This document shows, in pieces, positions 51,449 through 59,402 of a stretch of 64,000 nucleotides of DNA. The notes beneath the pieces were generated by a model. That model ran no database searches. It was not told where the DNA came from and worked only from the letters and a program-made list of their open reading frames with translations. Position 1 is the stretch's first letter. Each line of letters starts with the position of its first letter. The position numbers and the translations under genes were made by a program. The stretch is from sequence record MK250021.1. The stretch is one strand, 5' to 3'.

Positions 51449-51451
51449 ATT

Positions 51452-52147
51452 TTATTTAGATTTTAATCCTAAACAATATTCTTTATTAATATTATCAATA
51501 AAAGAATTAATTCTAATTCTTAGTAATTCTGATTCTTCTTCAAATTCCTTAATTTTATCAATGTCTTTTTTAATATCATCTATATTATGATTTAACAAAT
51601 ATTCATACGTATTAGGTTTAGATACTTTAAAATAATAAATATCTTCATTCATAATATTATTATGATTTAAAGCACATAATAAATGATAAGATTCCTCATT
51701 TGCAGATGAACCATGATAACCATATCCATCACTTTCAAAATATATACATAATGGTCCATAACTATAATGTCCACCTGGATATACAGTTGTTCTTAATGAG
51801 TTAATATGAAATGATTTACATATATTATATTTCTTATCTAAATAATCATTCAATAACTTATTAATACTCATCATTTGAAGATCTAATAATCTATCTAAAT
51901 TTATATCATTATTCTTACTTATATATACACTGGAAACTTCTTTTACAACTGAATCAATATCTAATTCATAATTCTCGTCTGTATATAAATGAAGAATACA
52001 AAGAAATAATCTATGTATATATTCTTTCTTATCGTAATTTATATATGCAGTTTTTAATTTTTCTACATAATCATCTGTCACCTTCTTATTGATGTTATAT
52101 TCGATATTCTTTATAAATTCTTTTTGCTCATTCTATGTCATAATCAT
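51452..52147 (-). CDS. Hypothetical protein (231 aa)
   Basis: The track GTG start extends through one TAG (codon 5) to ATG 52147, which forms an ATGA overlap with the upstream stop. Confidence 0.7.
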
Positions 52148-52341
52148 TGCTCTTTTATTTTTCTTAAAATAAATTTAGGTTCTTGATAATAAAAATAATC
52201 TATTGTTTTATCATCTATAATGTTCAAATTATATAATGCTTGTGAAAACCTAATATCCTTATATGTCGTAAGATACTTCTTTAATATATCTAATATTTCC
52301 ATATTAGCATTGTATCTCTCAAATGTTTCTTTAGTTTCCAT
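52144..52341 (-). CDS. Hypothetical protein
   Basis: Intact ORF with overlapping start/stop at both ends. Confidence 0.65.
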   Translation of the reverse strand: METKETFERYNANMEILDILKKYLTTYKDIRFSQALYNLNIIDDKTIDYFYYQEPKFILRKIKEQ

Positions 52342-52739
52342 TAGAATAACGGATTAATTTTTATCTCGTTTGTTTTACTATATTCTTGTACATCTAAATT
52401 CAATGTTTCATTTAGCCAATCAGCAATTAAATGTCTGTGACAAAATTCATCTGGTTTTTCAAAACAACATAAAGCACAATCTTTATTACCTGTTATAAAC
52501 TTTAATCTATCTATAAATAAAGTTGGTTCTTTAAATATAGATAAAACTTCAGCTTTATATCGTTTTCTAAACTCTTGATGATTGCTTCTACAATTATTCA
52601 ATATATCTGGTGTAGGTGCGATACTTGCTAAGTTAACCCCTTTGAAATCATTTGGCGGATAACAACACACACCTATAGGAATAATATTATTCTTTATAAG
52701 ATTATTAATATTACCAAAATAGCTTGTATATATTTTCAT
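52341..52739 (-). CDS. DUF488-like protein
   Basis: MKIYTSYF..., APT, LCCFEKPDEFCHRHLIADWL. Confidence 0.65.
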   Translation of the reverse strand: MKIYTSYFGNINNLIKNNIIPIGVCCYPPNDFKGVNLASIAPTPDILNNCRSNHQEFRKRYKAEVLSIFKEPTLFIDRLKFITGNKDCALCCFEKPDEFCHRHLIADWLNETLNLDVQEYSKTNEIKINPLF

Positions 52740-52948
52740 ACACGAAATAAACTATATATTTCATTATAAGTTTCTTTTGATATTGGATATGATACTATAT
52801 TACAATATTCTCCGAAATTCTGATCAACATCTACCATATAACCTTGTTTATATGTATCATAATAGCATCTTACTATATGTGAAACATTAACTAAACCTGA
52901 ATATGTATCAATAAATTTATTATAATTTTTATTTTTTAACTTAATCAT
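52736..52948 (-). CDS. Hypothetical protein (70 aa)
   Basis: Start reassigned to ATG 52948, because the longer track ORF overlaps the + strand gene at 53008. Confidence 0.55.
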   Translation of the reverse strand: MIKLKNKNYNKFIDTYSGLVNVSHIVRCYYDTYKQGYMVDVDQNFGEYCNIVSYPISKETYNEIYSLFRV

Positions 52949-53007
52949 AATACTAAAACTATATAACTTAATGTTTATATAATATATAAATGTTTTTGTT
53001 TTATTTA

Positions 53008-53331
53008 ATGGGAGGTTTTGTTTATTTAATTTGCGATCCTGAATAGAATTGTTATAAAATAGGTGTAACAAGGAATATAGCATAGAATAGATTAAAGTAG
53101 TTATAGACTGGTAACTCATCAAAATTACATATGGTTTCAAATATATATTGTGAATATCCTTTTAGACTTGAAACAATGTTACATAATAAATTCAATCATA
53201 AACGTGCAAATGGTGAATGGTTCTATTTAGAATAGGAAGATATAAGTAATTTTAAAACTATATGTGAAGAAACAATATAGATGATTAATGTAATGAAAGA
53301 TAATCCATTCTTTAGTAAAGATTTAAAATGA
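53008..53331 (+). CDS. GIY-YIG-superfamily T5orf172/MUG113-like protein (107 aa), absent from track
   Basis: With TAG=Gln: GFVYLI...YKIGVT...RLKQLQTGN...E..LH..F...R.NGEWF; 6 in-frame TAG; TGA stop then terminator. Confidence 0.8.
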
Positions 53332-53376
53332 ATAAAGGTGATATAAGAATAATAAAACTTATATCACCTTTATTTT
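53331..53376. terminator. Bidirectional intrinsic terminator
   Basis: 17-bp stem AATAAAGGTGATATAAG/CTTATATCACCTTTATT between convergent genes. Confidence 0.85.
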
Positions 53377-53651
53377 TAATTATCGTTCTTTTCTAATTCC
53401 TTATTAATATAATCCATATCTTCATCTGTTAAATCGCCAAATGATGTGAATAAATCTTTATTAATAAGTCCATATCTCATAAGATATGCTAATGTCATTC
53501 TTACAGCATAATCTGCAATATCATAAGTTGTTGTAACTTCTAAATTTTGTAAATCTGGATTATTACCAACTACATTAGAAACTTTATCAACAATCTTATC
53601 ACATGTTTTTTTCATTGAATTTAATTCATTATTTGTTAATTTGGTACTCAT
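53376..53651 (-). CDS. Hypothetical protein (91 aa)
   Basis: Start reassigned to MSTKL (ATG 53651), since the longer track start runs into the terminator at 53715. Confidence 0.6.
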   Translation of the reverse strand: MSTKLTNNELNSMKKTCDKIVDKVSNVVGNNPDLQNLEVTTTYDIADYAVRMTLAYLMRYGLINKDLFTSFGDLTDEDMDYINKELEKNDN

Positions 53652-53706
53652 AATATCATTAAATAATTTAATTATTATATTACAACGATATGCATAAAGT
53701 TTAGAA

Positions 53707-53749
53707 ATAAAAAATGAGTTATTAGACTTATGCACAATCTAATAACTCA
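53707..53749 (-). terminator. Intrinsic terminator closing ncRNA candidate B
   Basis: 12-bp stem TGAGTTATTAGA/TCTAATAACTCA plus T-run on the - strand. Confidence 0.75.
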
Positions 53750-54815
53750 CAAACACTTTATTCTAAATTTATTATATTTACATCTTATTTAAAGATGTCC
53801 CTCATGTTGTTATTCGTACGAACATAAGTTTCTGCCTCTTATGATTCACTTTAACGTTTGCCCGTTATATAATGAATGTTCATACTGAACTTCGTTATGT
53901 CCATAAGGACAAATGGCTGAGAACTTGACCAACACCTACTCTCAATGCTGTAACGTTGGAGTTACATGTTCACACAACTCTTATTTCTAAGAGGTTGAGA
54001 GCATACCCACGACTTTTGTAAAAAATCGTAAACTCTTACTTGATAGGTTTCATAGAAATTCATTTCATACCAACTTCCTTGGAAGGATTCAATGTGTCCC
54101 CACATTTAGCACGATACTACTCTTACTATTCTCATGTCTTTCCTTGCGGTACTCGAATCATGTCTACATATTACAGTAGAATAAGGGTATTTTAACCACC
54201 AAGTGTCGCACACTTTTGCTTATACATAATTATATGTTAAATAAAATAATTTCCAATATTATTATTCTTATTATATATTCTTTAGACTTGAAAGACGAGG
54301 TGCGACCAATAGCATTTCTTCCTTTTGAGAAGAACCCACTAAATCGCCTTTCTGAAATTTCGTTACACCAATGTAACCATATTTCTACTCTTATAACTTA
54401 CCTATTGTTTTTCAATAGTAATCTTACCATTTCTGAACAAGTTACCAGCTTGTATAAATTATTTGGTTTATAATTTATATAAGATTCATTATAACAATTA
54501 ATATTAGCACTGGGAATTGGTATTCCGATCACTAAATATCCATAAACTTAAACTTCTATTGTATTACTACTCACATCAGTTGTCTATCAAACTTCCAATG
54601 TATATAAACTTCATCTCAGGAATTATCCCATCAATTTCCCATTTATACAGGCACTTACTAAGTTTGGTTTTCTGTAGAATGCTCATTATTCATAAACATC
54701 GATAAACATGTCTACTGTTTACCTTTATCACATCACTGCTTTATCCTTACCCCACCGAAACCATGGGTTTATATTTCAAAGAACTCATCTTGAATAAAAT
54801 AAATTCATTCAAATT
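53707..54815 (-). ncRNA. Candidate long structured ncRNA B (~1.1 kb, possibly two modules)
   Basis: No credible ORF and visibly more G+C than the flanks. GNRA-capped hairpins on the - strand (GCGA 54201-54215, GGGA 54091-54106, GAAA 53978-53993). Tandem promoters, boxA-like GTTCTTTGAAAT and a terminator. Confidence 0.55.
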
Positions 54816-54823
54816 TTATACTT

Positions 54824-54852
54824 ATTATATAATCAATAATTTAAAAAGTCTA
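54824..54852 (-). promoter_or_regulatory. Sigma70-type promoter TAGACT-N17-TATAAT
   Basis: Exact 17-nt spacing; points into region B. Confidence 0.6.
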
Positions 54853-54939
54853 TATTTTAATAGATATATTTCAAAATTTTTATTGTTAACTGTTATTAAA
54901 AATATTAAATATTAAAATCTTTTTAAACTTGATTCTAAA

Positions 54940-54968
54940 TTTATATATTAAATTAAATAGAAAGTCTA
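54940..54968 (-). promoter_or_regulatory. Sigma70-type promoter TAGACT-N17-TATAAA
   Basis: Tandem copy 116 nt upstream of the previous one. Confidence 0.55.
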
Positions 54969-54994
54969 TATTTCAATACAATATTTTTAAAAAA

Positions 54995-55171
54995 TTATTT
55001 TAAACAATATTCTAAATCAAATATAAAGTCTCCTAATAGTTCAATCTTTTTCCTAATAAGTTCTGATTCTAAATCAAATTTATGATCTATACAAAAATTT
55101 AATTCAATATATAACTTATCTCTATTAGATTTCCATTTATCTATTAATTCTTTCTTTGTTAATTTTTCCAT
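54995..55171 (-). CDS. Small hypothetical protein (58 aa), absent from track
   Basis: MEKLTKEELIDKW...; ATG lies 1 nt from the upstream stop. Confidence 0.55.
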   Translation of the reverse strand: MEKLTKKELIDKWKSNRDKLYIELNFCIDHKFDLESELIRKKIELLGDFIFDLEYCLK

Positions 55172-55172
55172 C

Positions 55173-55673
55173 TTAAAAATTCATTATATTTACACCAGCA
55201 ATAGAAAGAAATTTTATATTCTTAATAATTTCACATGCTTTATCTTCTGGAAATATAATTTTAAAATCATCATAAACATCCATTACTTCTTGCCATTTAC
55301 ATTCATCTCTTGGTGCTTCCATAGAAGTATATATTTTAGCAATAAGCATTCTTTTTTTAAATTGATTATAAAACGTACTTCTTGGATACATCCCATGTTC
55401 ATATCCTCCATTTGGATGATGTCCCATCCAATCAGGTTCAATATAATGACTCCATTTTACTCCTTCAAAATATAAAGTCTTATCTGGTTTTACACTAATA
55501 GAAATACTTTTATTTTTATCTTTTTGATATTCTATAAATTCAAGAAAATTATTTAATGCATCAAGATATTTCTCTGCATATTCTGCTTCTTCTTTTTTAT
55601 CAAAAATATAACTAAAACCAAAAGTATTATCTACAACTTCATATTTTACTTTTGTCTCAATCTTATTAATCAT
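55173..55673 (-). CDS. Hypothetical protein
   Basis: Track ORF; start probably MINKIETK (55673) or MINYK (55697). Confidence 0.65.
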   Translation of the reverse strand: MINKIETKVKYEVVDNTFGFSYIFDKKEEAEYAEKYLDALNNFLEFIEYQKDKNKSISISVKPDKTLYFEGVKWSHYIEPDWMGHHPNGGYEHGMYPRSTFYNQFKKRMLIAKIYTSMEAPRDECKWQEVMDVYDDFKIIFPEDKACEIIKNIKFLSIAGVNIMNF

Positions 55674-55689
55674 ATTATTATTTTTATAA

Positions 55690-55842
55690 TTAATCATTTT
55701 CTCCCCATGGTAATTCACTATCTGGATCTATTACATCACCACCATGATTACCATCTACATTAAAACCTGATTGAAAATTACTCATAATATTCATGTCAAC
55801 AGGAATAACATTAATATTTGGTTTTATATAATTCTTTTTCAT
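55690..55842 (-). CDS. Small peptide with MKKxYxKP leader-like N-terminus (50 aa), absent from track
   Basis: MKKNYIKPNINVIPVDMNIMSNFQSGFNVDGNHGGDVIDPDSELPWGEND; fills the gap between flanking genes. Confidence 0.6.
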   Translation of the reverse strand: MKKNYIKPNINVIPVDMNIMSNFQSGFNVDGNHGGDVIDPDSELPWGEND

Positions 55843-55885
55843 ATTAAAATTCTTCAACTCGTTATTCAAATAATGTTTTCTAAAA

Positions 55886-56164
55886 TTATTTAACTGTTAC
55901 TTTAATTTTAGATTCTGTTACCTTTCCATTAACTACAGTATTTATAGTATCAATAGAAATAGAATCCAAACTCTTAATGAATACATTAGGAATTTTTTCT
56001 ATAGTAATTAAACTATCTCTATATTGAATAGAATCTTTACTCAAATTAATTGTATCATGTATAGGTTCTTGATTCAAACTAGGAATATGTTTATTAATCC
56101 AAAAATATTGAACAGCAATACCAATAATAATTCCAATAATAAATGTCCAAAAAATATGTTTCAT
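55886..56164 (-). CDS. Single-pass membrane protein with D(S/T)(I/L) motifs
   Basis: N-terminal TM helix, then DTI, DSI, DSL, DSI, DTI. Confidence 0.65.
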   Translation of the reverse strand: MKHIFWTFIIGIIIGIAVQYFWINKHIPSLNQEPIHDTINLSKDSIQYRDSLITIEKIPNVFIKSLDSISIDTINTVVNGKVTESKIKVTVK

Positions 56165-56188
56165 TTTTCTATATTATTTAAAATAAAA

Positions 56189-56395
56189 TTAAACTTTTAA
56201 ATTAACTAAATCTTTATACTTTATTTCTTTATACTTTGTTTTATTAATAGATATAAAAATAGGCTTATCAGTATAACTTTTATAATAATTTAACGATTCG
56301 TCTTTACTAATAAACCACTTTGTTTCTTTATCTAAAATTTTTCCAGATAAACTTCTTCCTAATCCTATCCGAATAATAATATTATTTTTCAACAT
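56189..56395 (-). CDS. Hypothetical protein
   Basis: Intact ORF. Confidence 0.55.
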   Translation of the reverse strand: MLKNNIIIRIGLGRSLSGKILDKETKWFISKDESLNYYKSYTDKPIFISINKTKYKEIKYKDLVNLKV

Positions 56396-56437
56396 AATTA
56401 AAAATAATTTTTCAAAAAGAAATTTATAAATTAATTA

Positions 56438-56871
56438 NNNNNNNNNNNNNNNNNNNNNNNNNNNNNNNNNNNNNNNNNNNNNNNNNNNNNNNNNNNNNNN
56501 NNNNNNNNNNNNNNNNNNNNNNNNNNNNNNNNNNNNNNNNNNNNNNNNNNNNNNNNNNNNNNNNNNNNNNNNNNNNNNNNNNNNNNNNNNNNNNNNNNNN
56601 NNNNNNNNNNNNNNNNNNNNNNNNNNNNNNNNNNNNNNNNNNNNNNNNNNNNNNNNNNNNNNNNNNNNNNNNNNNNNNNNNNNNNNNNNNNNNNNNNNNN
56701 NNNNNNNNNNNNNNNNNNNNNNNNNNNNNNNNNNNNNNNNNNNNNNNNNNNNNNNNNNNNNNNNNNNNNNNNNNNNNNNNNNNNNNNNNNNNNNNNNNNN
56801 NNNNNNNNNNNNNNNNNNNNNNNNNNNNNNNNNNNNNNNNNNNNNNNNNNNNNNNNNNNNNNNNNNNNNNN
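56438..56871. other. Assembly gap (434 N)
   Basis: Run of N. Confidence 1.
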
Positions 56872-56889
56872 TTTATAATTTGTTGTAAA

Positions 56890-57612
56890 TCAATTCTTTA
56901 ACTTATTTACTGTATTATTAAATACATTATTAAACTCTTCTTCTGTTATATAAGACATCTTTTCATCTAAACGTTCATCCAATACGTCTTTAATATCGAC
57001 TGATTCTCTTTTAATCATGAAATAATCAGTTCCGTCTAACCATGATTTTACTAATACTCTTGTAATATCTAAATTACCTTGATAATCTTTATCTATACCA
57101 TGAATCTTTACATACTCATATACAGGTATAAATTTATCTGATATTTTTTCATCTTTTTCTTTATCAGATAAATTTTGTGTTTCTAAATCATCAATGAATT
57201 TAGTGAATAATGTTTTATTAAATTCTATACGAGTTGTTCTGTTCTTTAAATATGATACAGGTAAAATCGGTACTTCTGTTGTAATGGGGAAATCATCACT
57301 TAAAGGACATATTTGTTCTACAACCCAAACGATATATTCATTATTAACATTGAATTTATTTAGATTATATGTTTGTCGTTTATCATGACTTAAATTCCAC
57401 ACTTTATCAGAATAAGGAATGACCGCAATATATGTTTCATTAAAAATATCTTTTCCTAATTGTTCAGATGTAACTTTACATTTATTTGATTCATCATCTC
57501 TATGATAATTGATACAATATAATTTTACTCCATCAGGAATTAAGATTTTATTTTCACATGATTCATATGCAAATCTCCAAATCTTATATTCTTTATATTT
57601 TGCTTTACTCAT
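56890..57612 (-). CDS. Hypothetical protein (240 aa)
   Basis: Intact ORF. Confidence 0.75.
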   Translation of the reverse strand: MSKAKYKEYKIWRFAYESCENKILIPDGVKLYCINYHRDDESNKCKVTSEQLGKDIFNETYIAVIPYSDKVWNLSHDKRQTYNLNKFNVNNEYIVWVVEQICPLSDDFPITTEVPILPVSYLKNRTTRIEFNKTLFTKFIDDLETQNLSDKEKDEKISDKFIPVYEYVKIHGIDKDYQGNLDITRVLVKSWLDGTDYFMIKRESVDIKDVLDERLDEKMSYITEEEFNNVFNNTVNKLKN

Positions 57613-57629
57613 TATTTACTTATATTATT

Positions 57630-57938
57630 TTATCTTCCTATACAATCATCATCTCCCCATCGGTTTTTAATTACTAATCCATTATCATTTATAAAACAAT
57701 TACATTTCATTCCAAGTTGAATATATAATGATTTTTCATAATTTATTGTTATAGGAAGTTCACCATATATAGTGTATGTGTTATTTTTATTCATAATACA
57801 TATATTACCATATGTTTCAGGATATTTTGGATATAATTTATTGCGCTTTGCAAAGGCGATATTTAATTCTAAGATATGAATTTTTATATAATTTGGTATT
57901 TCATCCATATCTTTTTGTTGAATAGTTTCGTTTTTCAT
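57630..57938 (-). CDS. Hypothetical protein
   Basis: Intact ORF. Confidence 0.65.
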   Translation of the reverse strand: MKNETIQQKDMDEIPNYIKIHILELNIAFAKRNKLYPKYPETYGNICIMNKNNTYTIYGELPITINYEKSLYIQLGMKCNCFINDNGLVIKNRWGDDDCIGR

Positions 57939-57948
57939 ATATTTAAAA

Positions 57949-58016
57949 TAAAACTTAAGAAAAACTTAAGAAAATGATTAAATTCTCTATGTTTTTCTTA
58001 AGTTTTTCTAAGAAAT
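57949..58016. repeat. Intergenic direct + inverted repeat (AAACTTAAGAAAA x2 and its reverse complement); possible terminator or operator
   Basis: Read directly from the sequence. Confidence 0.5.
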
Positions 58017-58092
58017 TTTGATGTATTTTTCAAACGAGTATACTCCTACTGTAAATTTAAAAATACTCGTTTTAGATACTTAAAACAGTACA

Positions 58093-58743
58093 TTATTTTT
58101 GATTAACACTTGAGTTATATTCAGCTCTAACTTTCTCAATTGCATCACACATATTTACAGACTTTCCTGTATTCTTATCAATCGTATTACAATCATCTTC
58201 TGGATCACCGACAAGTTCTTTGTATACTTCATATGCCTCTGGAAATTCATCCTTCAACTTATTAACAGTAGTAATATTATTCAATACACAAAGAACAGAC
58301 TTTCCCCATTTTGCAATATCAAACATTTTCATAAGAATCTGTTTGCATTCATTAAACAAATCAGGATGATTACTCTTAAGATATTTAAGAACATTCTCTG
58401 AATTATATCCTGAATTCTTTGTATCATTAAACATCTTTAAAAATACATTATGAATTTCAAAATCAGGATAATAAAAGCAATTCAAGCATTCACAACGTTT
58501 TGGCTCTTCTCCTTTCTCAAAGAAATAATGTCCATAAATGCGAACAGTATTCATATCCATAAATTTTTCGTGGTCCTTAATAAAATCACGAACATCCTTT
58601 GGTACTTGATTAAACAAAAATCTAGAAATCTCTTCAGACTTCTCCTTAATTTGTGGAGTAATTTCCTTTGCACAACGATTACGATACATGCGATTTGCAA
58701 TATGTTCTCTTACTTCTTTAGTTAACTTCTTATATGCTACCAT
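58093..58743 (-). CDS. Phage protein, possibly Nmad5-like
   Basis: KLTKEVREHI at the N-terminus and ITTVNKLKDEFPEA near the C-terminus recall the Nmad5 family (by eye). Confidence 0.45.
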   Translation of the reverse strand: MVAYKKLTKEVREHIANRMYRNRCAKEITPQIKEKSEEISRFLFNQVPKDVRDFIKDHEKFMDMNTVRIYGHYFFEKGEEPKRCECLNCFYYPDFEIHNVFLKMFNDTKNSGYNSENVLKYLKSNHPDLFNECKQILMKMFDIAKWGKSVLCVLNNITTVNKLKDEFPEAYEVYKELVGDPEDDCNTIDKNTGKSVNMCDAIEKVRAEYNSSVNQK

Positions 58744-58775
58744 TTTTTACTAATAATTAAAATGTTAAATATATT

Positions 58776-59333
58776 TTATTTTTTTCTCTTTACTTTAGTA
58801 TATGGATCATTCCATACGCCTTCAATAATCAATTTACCATGTGGAATATTAAATTTTGTTTCAATATCCTCTATAGTTACCGTATATTTTTTTGAATTCT
58901 CTTTATCTGAATTAATCTTATTTCTTAATTCTTTTTCTTTTTGCTTACGATATTCATTGCATTCAATAGGATTATCAAATAATGCAATATCCCATTTATT
59001 AGGATTAACATTCCGAGATACCTGATGAATACCTAAATTATAAGGGATCATAGATTTTACTTTTGTATATGATAATTTATTTTCACGAACAATTTTATCT
59101 ATTAATGATTCTACTGCAGGTGAATATGGAGTAAAGAAAGCATACTTATTTTTATGTTCATCTAATTTTACAATTACAGGAACAATAAAATTAAAAGATA
59201 CTTTCCCCTTATTCAATATAATAGGGCATGCCCATATTAACTTATTAAAATCTTTACTTAAAAAATCAACATAAGGTGTAAAATCATTAGGCATCAATAA
59301 GTTATCTAATGATTTAATATTAATAATTCTCAT
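58776..59333 (-). CDS. Hypothetical protein (185 aa)
   Basis: Intact ORF; C-terminal TIEDIETKFNIPHGKLII motif. Confidence 0.7.
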   Translation of the reverse strand: MRIINIKSLDNLLMPNDFTPYVDFLSKDFNKLIWACPIILNKGKVSFNFIVPVIVKLDEHKNKYAFFTPYSPAVESLIDKIVRENKLSYTKVKSMIPYNLGIHQVSRNVNPNKWDIALFDNPIECNEYRKQKEKELRNKINSDKENSKKYTVTIEDIETKFNIPHGKLIIEGVWNDPYTKVKRKK

Positions 59334-59402
59334 ATTTTCTTATTTTGTTAAAATAATATAAACATTTTTAGTATATTTTAATATAATAATTGTTAACTGT
59401 TA

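Noticed and set aside
52949-53140. N-terminal extension of track ORF 52736-53140
   Set aside because: Overlaps the T5orf172-like gene on the opposite strand; ATG 52948 is the more plausible start.
17005-53374. Terminators sharing a GGTGATA core (17005, 45166, 53331) as a mobile repeat family
   Set aside because: The shared core is only ~7-10 nt and is adequately explained as similar intrinsic terminators.
53780-54215. Group II intron (GTGCG-like 5' sequence at ~54210) or group I intron in regions A/B
   Set aside because: No recognisable domain V or P7 pairing, and no interrupted host gene flanking the regions.
54216-54705. + strand ORFs 54216-54473 and 54517-54705
   Set aside because: Non-ATG starts, atypical composition and no promoter; they are antisense to the structured region B.
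56438-56871. N-gap as a biological feature
   Set aside because: Assembly artefact; content unknown, though it could hide a repeat or small gene.
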